From Oopsacas minuta (taxonomy: Eukaryota; Animalia; Porifera), in assembly GCA_024704765.1 (NCBI GenBank), contig JAKMXF010000313.1, positions 1-64,000 of the forward strand: a stretch of 64,000 nt of DNA. Reading direction: 5' to 3'. Positions within the stretch are counted from its first letter, which is position 1; each line of letters begins with the position of its first letter. A program made the position numbers and the translations under genes. Shown here piece after piece: positions 12,077 to 25,399 of the stretch. The notes under the pieces are model-generated. The model was given only the letters and a program-made list of their open reading frames with translations, was not told where the DNA came from and searched no databases.

Positions 12077-14059
12077 GTAAATAGAAAGTAACAAACGTAC
12101 GTACATAATTTTCCAATGGTTTGATTGTCGAGTACTAAAAGATTAGAAAAGATAAAATGACTCAGTGATCGATATAGTAAACTACTCAGCGGTAGGAGAG
12201 GGCGGAGAAGGCGAGAAATTCACTCAACGACTCGAAAATTTAGGATTCAATTCTAGAACATTTATTGGTAACATACTATTCTACTTTACTATTGCCACTG
12301 ATTAAGGAGTTTTATATCTATTCATAGCTTTCTATTACAGTGAAGCCTAGATTGTGAACACTATTTCCAGTCCCAAATTATCCCTACGAATTAATATTAG
12401 GGAGAACCTCACTTAAATTAATTAATAAACACACCTTATTTGTTAAATCCCTATATGATTCAATTTTAATGAACCTCTAATAGTGAACATGAATATACGA
12501 GAATGCTGCATATTACTAACACCATTAGTTGTCAGATTACCAACAAGTCTTGTCAAATTATCAACACTATAACGATTGTTGTTTGGAATTTTGGCATGCA
12601 TTAGTGTCTGTCCTAGTCTAGAATGTTGTCCGACTTCTTGGAAACCCTGTGGGTGTGATGAGGTGTATTTTGAAGCGTTTTTGGCTATGTTGGAATGATC
12701 TATGATCGGATTATAGTGGAGTATCAATACGGATACTTGAAAAGCGGAAAACCCATTTACAACGGACAGACTTCCTGGAACGGAATGAATTTAACATACA
12801 TATAATTATTTCTAAACAGTCTCCGAAAAGTGGACAAAACCGAATTCCGAATAAAGGACAGAGTACTGGCCGGAATAGTGTTCTTAATACAAATTATCTC
12901 TCAAGAACGGACAACCCAATACTAAACTAAATAATAATCATGGATATCACAAATTTAGCATAATTATAGGTAGCTCAACAAGTCCAGTATCTCTCATGTC
13001 TTCAACAATTCTTTCATTTCATCAGCATAAACTTTGGATTCGTATAGCTATAGGTCGTACAGAGTAGGGAATGAGCAGCATATTCTAAAATCATGATAAT
13101 ACACTGAAAAATTGCTCAAATTGCAAATCGTAAATTTTCGGAAAGCTTCGCTCGCATTTAATATCATGTTATATTGCCCGAATCTATGGTATACACTAAC
13201 CAAACAAAAGTACTGTTGCAAGTAGTATTGTTTTGTTAGTGTATAAGTTAGAGTAATTTGCATACCACTAACTAATTTGCACACCACTAACTCAGTTGAA
13301 TCTCGTTAATGCGTACAAAGCGGACTGTATAAATTTTTACTATTTTCCGGTGTAGGGATGACCAGAGGAAAAACAATTAAAAAGCCTTTGTAGGGACTTG
13401 AATTTGTGTAAATATTTGTTCGCATTATCCGTGTTGTACTTACAAGTTACTACTATATACTAATCTATATCCTGGTCATACGCAAATATTGAATATGCAT
13501 ACTATTTGACTATGGTAACATTGTCCTGAATGAATGTACGAAAATTGTTCAAAATCGATATTTTCTAGCCACACTCTGCAAATTAATAGATGATGAACTA
13601 ATTAATTATTCAATAGCTAATTGCACGAATTAACATTAGATAGAACAATTCTGACATAATATTTGAATTCTAGGGTTCTGTATCACCTCAGTATGAATAT
13701 ATAATATTATTTAAAGCCAATCTTATCGACTTGTTAGTATTTAATATTTGTGCCACATCTATGAATTATTAGCACCAGAATGAGAAGCAGTATGAAGATC
13801 AATTTAAGATTCTATAAACTGACTAGCAAATATTTGTCTATTTGTTAGGCAGTCAATATTCCCAATATTTTGTTAACATACGAGTGGAGCACAAATCATT
13901 GATATGTACCACATACGGCACATGCGGTACAAGTATTAAAATGCATTTAAGTTAACAAAATAATATATATTCATACTGGGTTATAGAGGGGTAATACAGA
14001 CTCGTCGGATTCAAACATGCTACCAGAATTGTTCCATTTATATTTTGTACAATTAGTAC

Positions 14060-14586
14060 TCTATGTTCGGAATTGATTGAAGAAACTGGAAGATTCCAGG
14101 GCTGATATTTTGCATACAGGGGCATTTTTGGCCTGACTCGGGAAGTTCGAGTCTTGAGCGAAATTCACATCTAACGAAATTATGACGTATTGTCACCCTT
14201 TTGGATTTTCGAAAAATCATAATACTAAGCACTCCTCAGCAAATATAAATGATTGAAGTTGGAAATTTGATTCATAAATTGAAATTTTTCCAAATTTGGA
14301 GAATTTATAGAATTTATAAATAAATGAGGCACAGAGTGCCGAGATTACTAAGCAAAAGTTACATAGGAGCTCCATTATTATCACAGAAGACCATTAAATA
14401 GAATTTGGATGGATCATGGATGATAAAATAATTAAATTTCTGCAAAAATATAACCTCAAGCCACATAGTGCTGATTATATCCGGTCGCGTAGCGACCAAA
14501 AGCATTAAGTGATTTAGTTGTTTAATACCAAGCTAACCTGAGGCATTAAGTTTTTGCAGAGCGACCAAACAAGTAAATCGCGCTAG
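14060..14586 (+). mobile_element. Helitron-like family B copy
   Basis: Same head block, the same internal TTGGATGGA(T/C)CATGGAT block, and a 3' ...TCGCGCTAG end; start approximate. Confidence 0.6.
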
Positions 14587-15005
14587 ATATGAAATAAATG
14601 AGCAAAGGGTGACTAAAAATATCTAATTGGAAAACTTTCATATATTTAGTCAGGATAATGTTAATTAACAGTCAAATAGTTCCTTTAGGTACCTTAACGT
14701 AAGCATGTTCAAATATTCGCTGCATAGCAGGATATACAATTGTATACTTGGTGGTGTGCGGGTGCTTTTGTTCGGTTAGTGTATATCTTGTATTGATCTA
14801 CGGACTGAAGTTGCGTGAACAGTAACGGGGGGTATGAACAAGTATTATGAGCAAAACAACACACAATTAGCTTATGAGAATTTTCTCCAAATTAACCATT
14901 TAATAAGGTATTCAAGTGTAAGGCTGCATACCATGTTGCAGTGTATCAACAAAATTGGTGTGTGTACACGCACCTGGTGTACTTCCAAACACCAATACTC
15001 TATTG

Positions 15006-15569
15006 CAGGGTACCCAAACTGGGGGCCGCGGAAAGTTTATGGAAGTGATTTACGCAAATTTTATTCTTTAGTTTTAGATATTCACACAACATCTACGATA
15101 ATATCGGAATTCCTTTCGCTTTCCTCGAATAATAAACAAATTACACGTATTACACTTCCCAGAATTCTATTTAGAATTACGTCACCCTGAAAACATATAA
15201 CATAGAGCGTTAAATGAAAACAATCATCCTGTGTTGAGAATGGGTAGGGCTTCAATGATATTGTTTAAATAGATTGTACCTTTGCTAATATCTATTAATA
15301 TTTTAGTTATTAATTGCTATCGTTGATAAAGAAATTTATGGCCAAACGAAAGCGAAGACAATTGGATACTTACCTAACTAAAAGTAATATACTCTATACA
15401 AATTGTCAATACATTTCGGGATCTGATGAAGATGAGTTAATTGGCAACACAGATATAATACAATAATAATAACAATTTATAATCACAAATAATGAGACCA
15501 AAAGCAGGGGTCCGTGGAATTGTGATGAAGAAATTTTGGAACCGCGACATAAAAGTTTGGAAAGCACTG
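15006..15569. mobile_element. Buster-type hAT MITE
   Basis: CAGGGTACCCAAACT ... AGTTTGGAAAGCACTG; perfect 8-bp TSD CTCTATTG with central TA. Confidence 0.85.
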
Positions 15570-16364
15570 CTCTATTGTACGTCAAGTAACAACAACATTT
15601 GTTGTTGTCACTTGACATAAACATGGTAATTTCATATCAAAGCATCCAAAGATTCACAAACCTTTTCCGATTTTCCTGAAACTTTCCATATTGATAGTAC
15701 CTTACTAGTCTATAATAACCTGCAAATTATAGCTCAATCTGTTGAATTTCAAATTCGAATTCGCGATTTTTGACCCTAAACGGGGCTCAAATGGTAGGTT
15801 TAGTAAAGACCCATGTTTACTAAGGTCGCCATAATTTCGTTGTAACATATTCTTTCCGCTTCGATGTTGGTATACAGGTTGGAAAGAAATCATATACCAC
15901 GATGTAACTATTTCCAACCCGATTTGGGAGTATCTAGATGGTACAAATTTTAATTGAAATTCACACTTAATCGATTTTACGAAGCATGCTATAACCCAAG
16001 AGGGATTGTTGGAAACTCTATTTAGTGCATCATGTTTTTTTGCATCAGGGACTTCTCATATGATAACAACTTTCGAGAGTTTTCATTAGTTTCCTGGGAG
16101 TAATTTATAAATATATCATTCGGTAGATATCTACTATATTTGTATGGAAATGATCAGACATATATTGTCATATTTAACACCAGATAAACATTTCCAATTT
16201 AGTAACAAACATATATATTGCTTGGAACATGAATTATTCGGACGTCCACTGCCCTCTCTTTGACTTTGGTTTATATTTCGACATTATACTTATTTGGTTA
16301 TGTATATTAATCTATACTATTAAAACGCGAATAATCTCTATCTATATATATGTGTATATGTTGC

Positions 16365-17077
16365 AGTGTATCAGAGAATTTTGTGTTCTGATTTATCTCG
16401 TTCGTACGCGTACACACAATCCATCTTCAGTGTACTAGAACCCATATGCATGTGGGTCAATTAAAATGTGTTAGATTCACAGTGATGGTATTTCATATAA
16501 GTTATCGCACTAAATTTGGAAACAGTTAATGTCGATTATAATTGGACCAAGTGTCTCCGTACCTCCTGGTTGTTGGTTGGAGTATTTGGAAGCGATATCT
16601 AGTTGCTGAACAGTTTTGATCAAATTAGTTGAATATATATAGCTTCTAATGGATGATTATGTGTATTGTTCACTGTTTGGAATATAGTGAAGGAACTTTC
16701 CTTGGATTAGTGTTAGGCTTGCCAGAGGATGTTGTCCAAATGTCCAACTACCTCTTGGTTGCTGGATTGGGTATTTGGAATCGATAGCTACGTAGCTACT
16801 CGTTGAATGGGATTTTGAACGGACTAGTTAAGAATATTGCTTATAATTTATGTTGGTCAAAATTGACCCGCTCGGGACTAAGTATTGTCACCCAGCCTCA
16901 ACTATGTTGGCCCTATCTGGTGAAGGACCATTTAAAGCGTTACACTTCGATCCCTGGGCCTTAAATTCATATTAATTGACCCATATGCATTTCCCTAATT
17001 CACTAAGGATGCATCGTGTGTACACGCACACCCGAAAAATTCGTGTGCACATGTACACACGAAATTCTCTCATACAC
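16365..17077. mobile_element. MITE with diverged terminal inverted repeats of about 110 bp
   Basis: 16365-16475 matches the reverse complement of about 16960-17077 (AGAGAATTT..GTACACAC..ATGCAT(G/A)TGGGTCAATTAA); internal direct repeat TACCTC(C/T)TGGTTG; bounds approximate. Confidence 0.6.
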
Positions 17078-17099
17078 TCCAACACCCCAGAGCTGATGT

Positions 17100-17650
17100 T
17101 CGGCAAATAGGGGTATTTTGGAACTGGCCCGGACATGTTCCAGTCTTGGAAGAAAATCTACATATTTGACGAAACTATAACGTCCTTATCACCTGATTTG
17201 ATCTTCGAAAAATTATATTATCAGGCATTGCTCATCCAATATAAATGATAGATGTTGTAAATATGAATCACTACACCACAATATGCCAAATATGCTGAAA
17301 TTATTACGCCATCATGTCTGAGCAAAAATTGATAATTCTCCAGATTTCAAGAATTGTATAATTTCTTAATACATGAGGTACGAAGTGCTGAGATTAATTA
17401 CCAAAAGCCACGTACGCTCCAGTATTACCACACAAGGCCATTAAATGGAAATTGGATGGACCATGGATAATAAAAAATAGAAATTTCCACAGAAATTAAC
17501 CTAGAAGTACGTAGTGCTGAGTATATCCCATCGCGTAGCGACCCAAATGCATTACAAATGTAGCTGTTTTATACTTATGCTAAAACAAGGGACATAGCTC
17601 AAGGATACTTCTGCCTATAGTGCAGGGACCTAGCAAGCGAAGCGCGCTAG
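17100..17650 (+). mobile_element. Helitron-like family B copy
   Basis: Internal TTGGATGGACCATGGAT block; 3' GACCTAGCAAGCGAAGCGCGCTAG|T; start approximate. Confidence 0.65.
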
Positions 17651-17678
17651 TTGTTAATAATTATTGCGTGTTTATCTA

Positions 17679-17858
17679 CAATATAACCTCGTTAATAAGT
17701 ACATGACCGGCGCTTCGAAATTTGTACTTAGCCAGAGTACGTATTAACTGGAGCCAAATCAATTGAATAACCATTGTAGGGACCTGATTTTGTGCAAATA
17801 TTTGTTCGTACTATCCGCAAAGCGTATTAACCGTGTTAGTACTAACGAGGTTCTACTG
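17679..17858. mobile_element. pogo-type MITE family A
   Basis: TA|CAATATAACCTCGTT ... AACGAGGTTCTACTG|TA. Confidence 0.75.
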
Positions 17859-18361
17859 TACATTTAAATTCATAATATACAACACACGAGAATAATTAGT
17901 TGGGCAGCTTAGCAACATTATGCGAACATACCGGATAAAAGCATCAAACTTTTCTATATGTTAACCATAACCATAGATCCTGTTCAAATCTAATCGAACT
18001 TGGAAACACTAGATTCGTACTCAGCAAATATTTCCAGCCATTTAATGGGTCACTTGACAATATTTTGGAGATATTTTCCCTAGCTACGCAGAAATGTCTC
18101 AGGAATGTTATAACATTCCATTCTCAAAATTTGTCATAACTCCATCGAGTGACCATACGTTGACGCAGCTATGCGAACTGAGTCTAGTTATACACGCATC
18201 GACCATCTAAATTATCTTGAAACACGGTTTTACGTGATCGTGCCAGCGGCCTGATATTTACTTATGAGCTTTTAGCGTATTTCTTACAGATACATAAAGT
18301 CATCCTCTGTTTTTGTCAGAAATCTTTAAGATAATTGCAAAATTATGGTTATGATATAGAT

Positions 18362-20694
18362 CAGTGTTTCCCAACCTTTACCAATTTAACGCCCCCTTAT
18401 AGACTTAATATTTACAGAACGCCCCCTATTTAATACTTTATTGAATCAGTTTTAATTACTGCTATATAGAAATATTAAAGATAGACTGATAGAGTATCTA
18501 GGGACTAATCTAAGTATCAGTATACGTTGGAACATGTGATCCTTGACTTTGGTGGCTCTTTGCTAGTTTGACTACATCCGGTTCTAACTGCGTCAGAAAG
18601 AGTCTCAAGTCGCCTCTTGTTGCTATTTCCAGTCGATTTCTTTGTTTTGTGAGCAGATTAACTACTGTGCTGAATCCCTTTTGGACAAGATATGATGATG
18701 GAAATGCAACAAACATTAATTTTACAGTTTGAAAAATATGGGGATAGCGTTCAGAGACTTCCTTCTTCATCCAGAATGCACTATATCCACATTGGGTGAA
18801 TATGGCATTGCATTCGATATCATTCTGCAAATCGATGAATTTTTGAAATTGTGGATCCAAAGTTTCTATATTTGTTCTAAATGGATTTATCACAAAATTA
18901 GGGATAACTAACTCGGTTAAATCTTTGAATCGAATCAACAAATCTTCGCTAAGGGAATCAACATATGAACAGTAAATATGAATGTTGTCATCTCTAATGA
19001 TGTTATTATTTACCATATCCAGTTCACTTAAACAAGGTAACTGCCCAAATTCACGATGCGCAATATTTTGTCGGAACAAGGTTAGTTTACTTAAGAATGA
19101 TAGAACAACGCCCTTCACTTGAATAAGAGTAGTATTATTTCCTTGTAGCTGCATATTCACTATATTCAGATTCACGAATGTCAGCTAAGTAAGTCACATC
19201 AGTCCTTATCATTTTAACCTTTTCTGCCAGAGTTTAATCGTATTCTTCTAGGAACTCGACTATAGAATCAAACAGTTGATTGAATCGTTTCAAACAATTA
19301 CCTTTAGAAAGCCACCGAACTTCAGTATGGAGAAGGAGGTGTTTGTAATCTTCATCATTGTTTTCACAAAGTTGGTGAAAGATGCGATCAGTCAGTGAGT
19401 TCTTTTTGATTTTGTTCGTAGCAGTAATCACGATTTGAAAAGACTGGTGAAGATCAGGTGTTAGGTGCTTGGCGATCAAATCTTGAAGATGTATGACACA
19501 ATGAATAGAGAAAACCTTTGGCACAGCTCGTTTCAGATGAGCTATGAAACCACGATCACGTCCAATCATTGAAAGTGCTCCATCAGTAGCACACGCAATA
19601 ATATTTCCCATTGGTATGTTCTTCTCTTCACAAAATTGCTTTACCACCATAAATATTGTCTCACCTTTAGTATCTGTTTCTAGTGGCTTGGAGAAGAGCA
19701 TTTCTTCTTTTGATACACCATTGTGAATATATCGTACATATGCCATAAGTAAGGCTTCATTGTCACGTAAGGTTGACTCGTCAAGCTGCAAAGCGAATTC
19801 CGTTGTTTGTAAACTTTACACAACCGTTGTTCAACATCTATAGTCAATTCTTTGATCCTCCTCGAAACTGAGTTATTACTTAAGGGAATTGATCTAACTA
19901 CACTAGACGTATCTTGATGCATGACAGGAGATATAACCTCTCTTATAGCTGGAAGGATGAACTTTTCACCTATTGTATGAGGCTTGCCACATTTGGCGAT
20001 TAAAAGAGATATATTGTAAGAAGCAACAAGACCATCGTCATTTTTAGTAGTAATTTTGTTAATCATTCCATCTATGGAACTACGATTTGCAAACTGCCTG
20101 ATTAAAGTCTGGAAATATTTGAGATCCTTGTCTTTCTTATCAGGGTGTTCCTTCGTCAAATGGCCGCACGTACGTGAAGGTTTCATGCCCTCATTAGAGA
20201 ACACTTGATTGCAGAGTAAACAAAAGGGTAATTGTTGATTAGTAGGTGAAGCGATGAAACCAAATTTCAGATAATCTATGGAGTATTGACGGCATTTTTT
20301 CTTGGGGTTTTCAGCCATGATTGGATATGCAAGAAAAATCGTGTCTATTATAGAGGTAATTAATGAAATTACATGGTATGATCACTTTTTATAACTTCTT
20401 TGTTAAGAAGCCGTCTGAACTGATAATTCAAAACAAAGAAACAACACCATTGAAAGCATTGATTGATTGTAAATGGTGAATACTTAGCTCTTCTTGTGGG
20501 CCCAACGTGTTAGAATTGTCATTATGGGTGAAGTGCACAACATACTAATGATACAATAGTATTTCGCAAAATTTACAGATGTAAAATAAATCTTCATCCA
20601 ACGGCTCATTATCTTGTCAGCCCCCCCCACAGCGCCCCCTGAGGCAAAGCAAACGCCGTCCGGGGGGCGTTTAAGCCCCCGTTGGGAACCACTG
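18362..20694 (-). mobile_element. Full-length Buster/ZBED5-like hAT transposon with a disrupted transposase
   Basis: TIR CAGTG(T/G)TTCCCAAC; perfect TSD ATATAGAT; ORF pieces 19680-20318, 19234-19791 (LDES, ATDGA, HCVIH, HTEVRWLS) and 18510-19175 (FPSSYLVQKGFS..QAHPSH-like SHQSQGSH end). Confidence 0.95.
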
Positions 20695-20794
20695 ATATAG
20701 ATCATGGCATAAAAGTTTCAAATGTTAAAGAAATAAAAATTTTGTAATATAAACTGTCTAGTAACTACACATCATGGCTAATTACAGAAATCTG

Positions 20795-20952
20795 CTGGAG
20801 TTCGCTTATTAGCAAGTCGGGTTTTATATGAGAAACTTGCTAATAAGCGAACTTGCTAATAGAGCAACTTAATCAATTTGATAAATACTATTGTTATAGT
20901 ACACGTACATATGTGTATGTAATAATGTAATATGTATAAGAATATTGTAGTA

Positions 20953-20991
<39 letters not shown>

Positions 20992-21152
20992 CCTAAAGAG
21001 TTCGAAGCAAATAAACGAACTAAAAGTTCGTGTAATAGCAAGTTCTTCTTGCTTATAAACGAACTAAAGGTTCCTGTATTAAGTTATTAGCAAGTCGTGT
21101 TTTTATGAGAAAACTTGCTAATAAGGCAATTGAAAATAGACGAACTCTACTG
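20795..21152. mobile_element. pogo-type MITE carrying a (GT)n tract at 20956-20989
   Basis: GGAGTTCGCTTATTAGC left end and GAACTCTACTG|TA right end; same family as 61392-61515. Confidence 0.65.
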
Positions 21153-21469
21153 TATATATCATAAATATATATTTTGCAATTATAGCAAAAATTTCTCACA
21201 AACCAGATGATGACATTATGTATCTGTAAGAAATACGTGAAATACTTACAAGAAAACATCATGCCGCGGGGACGATCAAGTAAACGTGTTCAAAGATAAT
21301 TTAGAGGTCGATGCGTGTATAACTAGACTCAGTACGCCTTACAGGACCGAACGAGGGGTCACTCAATGGGGTTAGCACAAAGTTTGAGAATGAAATGTTA
21401 TAGCATTCCTGAGTTGTTAGGGAAAATATCCCTAAATATGATAAAAATTATTGAGAGGTTCCCATAATC

Positions 21470-22960
21470 TTAATTATTGTGCTTCCTCAGACTATATCTA
21501 ATTTTCTGTACTAAGGCGCTCTGAATTTAACCGTCCCTACTGTTACTGAAAGGATTGGTCAAATTTTGTTGATACTTATCATATAGTTCTTAATTGTAAG
21601 GACTGTCGACTTTCCAATTCGGGCGATCAAACTAGTTGCCATTGTTATCTCAAAACTATTCAGTATTTTTATAATGCATTATAGTTGAATAGGAAGATAT
21701 AAGGAGTGTATATTGCATTCCACATATATAACTTCCTATATTTTTGAGTTTTTGTGGTTATCACACATTTTCATACTGGTATATGTGGTATATTGCTAAA
21801 ATTTCGGAAACAGCTTAAGTTAGACCCACTACGATTGAACATGGGACCCAGTTGGCTTATCCATATCCATAGCATTTTATATACTAAGGCATGAGTCTAT
21901 TGAAATTTTAAGTATAGGGAATCTTAATATTCCTATAGTGTCAAAATGGTACACTTTTGACCGACTAAATGTATTAGTGGTAATAAACTATACACATAAT
22001 CCATTTCTGCAAAATTTTCAGAATGAATAACGTTACCCGAGTTATTTTTAGACAGTTGTATGACCAAAAATGGCCATTTGGAAGTCTGCAAATAATCTAT
22101 TATTGCATATATACAATAAACTTTTACCATGGGATTTCAGGATTTTATAATTCAAAATATAAAAGTTTAGCATGATAAAGTTCATGCATTACAGTAGCGA
22201 CCATGGATGACATATTTTGCCAATGTTCACCAATAACTTGACCACCTTCAACGTTATGGCAAAATCATCTTGCACGCAGTTTTGAAAACATATGGCATTA
22301 TTGATGACTACACAATTTCCTTTCATATCATATCAAAATATATGATCAGGTCATCAAAAAATTTGGAATGAGAAAGTTCACACGTTTCAGAGTTAGAGTA
22401 TTAACCATGGATGAGATACCTATGCCCGTGTTCACCAATAACTTGACAACCTTCAACGTTTTGGCCAAATTATCTTGCACACACATATAGTATATCCCCA
22501 ACTTCACATTGGCTTAGTATATAGAATGCTATGGATAAGCCAACCGGGTAAATAGGCTCCCATTTACAACTTCCCTTTCAATCGTAATATGTTCAACTTG
22601 AGCTGTTTCCGAAATTTTAGCAATATACCACATATATACGTATGAAGAGGTGTGATAACCACAAAACTCAAAAACCAGAAATTTTGAATTATGTCATTAT
22701 GTGCAATATACTTGCCATATATAACTTCCTATTCAACTATAATACATTTTATAACAAAATACTCAATAGGTTTGAGATAACAATGGCCCATAGTTTGATA
22801 GCCCGAATTGGAGAGCTGGAGAGTCGACAGTCCATCCAATTAAAAATGATAATTATCAACAAAATTTGATAAATACTTTGAGTGACAGCTGGGACGATTA
22901 AATTCTAAATGTCTTAGAACAGAAAATTCGAATATAATCCGAGAAATCGCAGTAAAAAAG
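21470..22960. repeat. Second foldback element: diverged inverted arms of about 430 bp (about 21470-21900 and 22500-22960)
   Basis: For example GTGGTATATTGCTAAAATTTCGGAAACAGCT on the left and its reverse complement at 22601-22631; the spacer has two copies of GTTCACCAATAACTTGAC.ACCTTCAACGTT. Confidence 0.75.
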
Positions 22961-25399
22961 ATTACGTCACCAAATATGGAGAGGTCAATATGACGTCAGT
23001 ATATATTACTCAGAGGGAATTCATGTGAACTTGTCAATTTTGATCATATTGAGATATCCCCTAGAGCAAGAATTAGGATAGTCATCTAACAATACTTACT
23101 GCGTTATGCTATATTTCGTAAAAGTGAACCTGCACTAAGTTCAACCATAATTTTTGTCAGTTGATTTTCTTGAAAACTATCAGGTGGAATGTGTTGTAAC
23201 TTTCAGGATACTATAGACTAGTAACGGACTTGCAGTGTGTAATGTTAAATATGATAACGATATACAGCGATATAAATAAATATCAGGATATCAATTTTCT
23301 TAAAATTACCTCACTGGAACAAGTAGCCAAACATCTAGCATCCAAATAAACAGATTGGAAATCTATATTGTTTCCATTCGCAATATACACGAATTGAATA
23401 AGTAAATTCAATATATGTATTAACTTCAGCATTATTGTTATTTACATTTCCAGTTTAAGATTATCGAATATATATATTAAATACAATATGTTTAGTGCAT
23501 ATTGGATATTTAGATTACTAATAGAATTACCAAATACCATGCAAGTAAAAAGAATGTAATTTGAGATGTAAGAAAACTAGAGAACTATCTATTAAAAACA
23601 ATGGTAAGTAAAGTTAGTGCTAAATTTAACCTAAATAGATTTCATATCGCTCTTTCCATGTTCAGGGCTAAAGAAAGTGAAAGTGAGGCATAATAGGGAT
23701 GAAATAGACTCTGGAATTAACCAAAACCGTAAATTGCAATATAATATTTGTAGGATTAAAAATATCAAAGTAAATAACTGAGTTGAACTGACCGGACACT
23801 TACACTATACGACAAACCCGAGAAGTTTGTGCGGTGTAGATGATGTGCCTTAGTATCCACACCACATATAAGAATGTACGATCTCGAACCTGTTTGTATA
23901 GTTACCCCGAAACTAAATGTATAGATGCAGTAGTATGTAATGAAAGCTTCATAATTTGGACTTAGGATTCAATTATAACTTGAGCCTTTCTTGAATTTTC
24001 TCTTAAAGAATATATACATATTTTGATAAGACAAAGAAAATAATTGTGCTGCAGTCAATATCCGCCATCTCGAATGCCCGTTAACCCGAACAGAATTTTA
24101 TTTCCTCTTAAAACTTGACTCTTTATTGAATTTTCTCTTAAAAAATATACGTATATTTTTCACTATAGTCAACTTCCGTTATCTCGAATGCTCGGTAACT
24201 ATTGGTGGGCAGTTCGCTGAGTTAAAGGGAGCTGTAACTTTGACCGATTTCTAAGTATTTAGACGGGAAATCTAAACACAAATGTCCCTGTATACAAGTA
24301 TCGTACTTCCGTATATTTCCCTTTTTCTCTGCCAGCGTGAGAGCAATGTTTTCTTTAGTAAGTGACATAATATACAAATATAATATTCTAATTCAAAAGA
24401 AAAGTAGAAAACGTCTGAAAATACTTGAGTTTAAAAGTATATACCGTGATATAATAAGTATTTCACTAAAAGTCAACATGAATTACACTAAAAAAATAAT
24501 TTTAAGTCAATACAAGCACTTATGGAGGGAGACGTTTGTGTACAGTACCTTATGCGACGTTTGTGTACGGATTTTGCTTGTGCCCGAAAATATTAGCCCA
24601 ATGAAAACGTTTAAACCCTCTGAGAAGGGCTTGAAATATAAAGTTGGAACAAAGTAATTGATAGTTGGTCACGAGTTGAGGGCACCAAAAGTCCCAAGTT
24701 TGAAACATCAAATGTTAAGCCGCGAAGAGCAAGTAGCGCGCTTGTATAATCTAGTTTTTCCTTTTATTATCGCATACATATAATGTGTGCTATTTTAGCT
24801 TCGCTATTACATAAATCTCGTATTTAGAAAACTATAACTGTGTCATACTGGAATTTAGGAACGTAACGCCACCAATCTCATTAAACCATAATTTGTGGCA
24901 ATTTTCAAGAACGTAACCCATCGTTCTATTTATGTAAGTAATCACCTGTTAAATCAAAACAATGGAAGTATTAATTAGTAAAAAATTTTATCGATGAAAC
25001 CCAATTATTGCAAATTTAACAGATTTAGCCAGAAGTTGTTGACATGCTTGATAACATTCTGCAGTATATGGTATGGGTTGCCCCAAAGTCGTCCTAATGT
25101 GATTTTGATGCAGCAGGGATAGAAAAATGTCGTTTTAGCGATTTGTCGTTAAAATCCGTAATTTAATGTATTTATACTTATAACATATTATCTTAATTGT
25201 CTATCATATCGAAATAGGGCAACACTAAAATCTACAATATTAGTGACCTATAGAGATAATCTAACAGCAATGCTATTAAGGTAAGTAATGAGAGGCCTAG
25301 TGTGGTAACTCATGACCAAACCAACCATTAAACATTCTTTTTCTAGTGACACTTTAGACTTAGACAGTGGTTTACCAGAATAATATTGAGCTGGCTTCA

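Larger units (their letters stand above)
18040..21450. repeat. Foldback family FB-C copy 1 (inverted arms about 18040-18361 and 21153-21450) interrupted by a Buster hAT and a pogo MITE
   Basis: CTGAGTCTAGTTATACACGCATCGACC..CGTATTTCTTACAGATACATAA..ATAATTGCAAAA on the left matches the reverse complement of 21153-21335; 20755-20790 carries the same core GTCTAGTA.CTACACATCATGGCTA as 45504. Confidence 0.75.
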
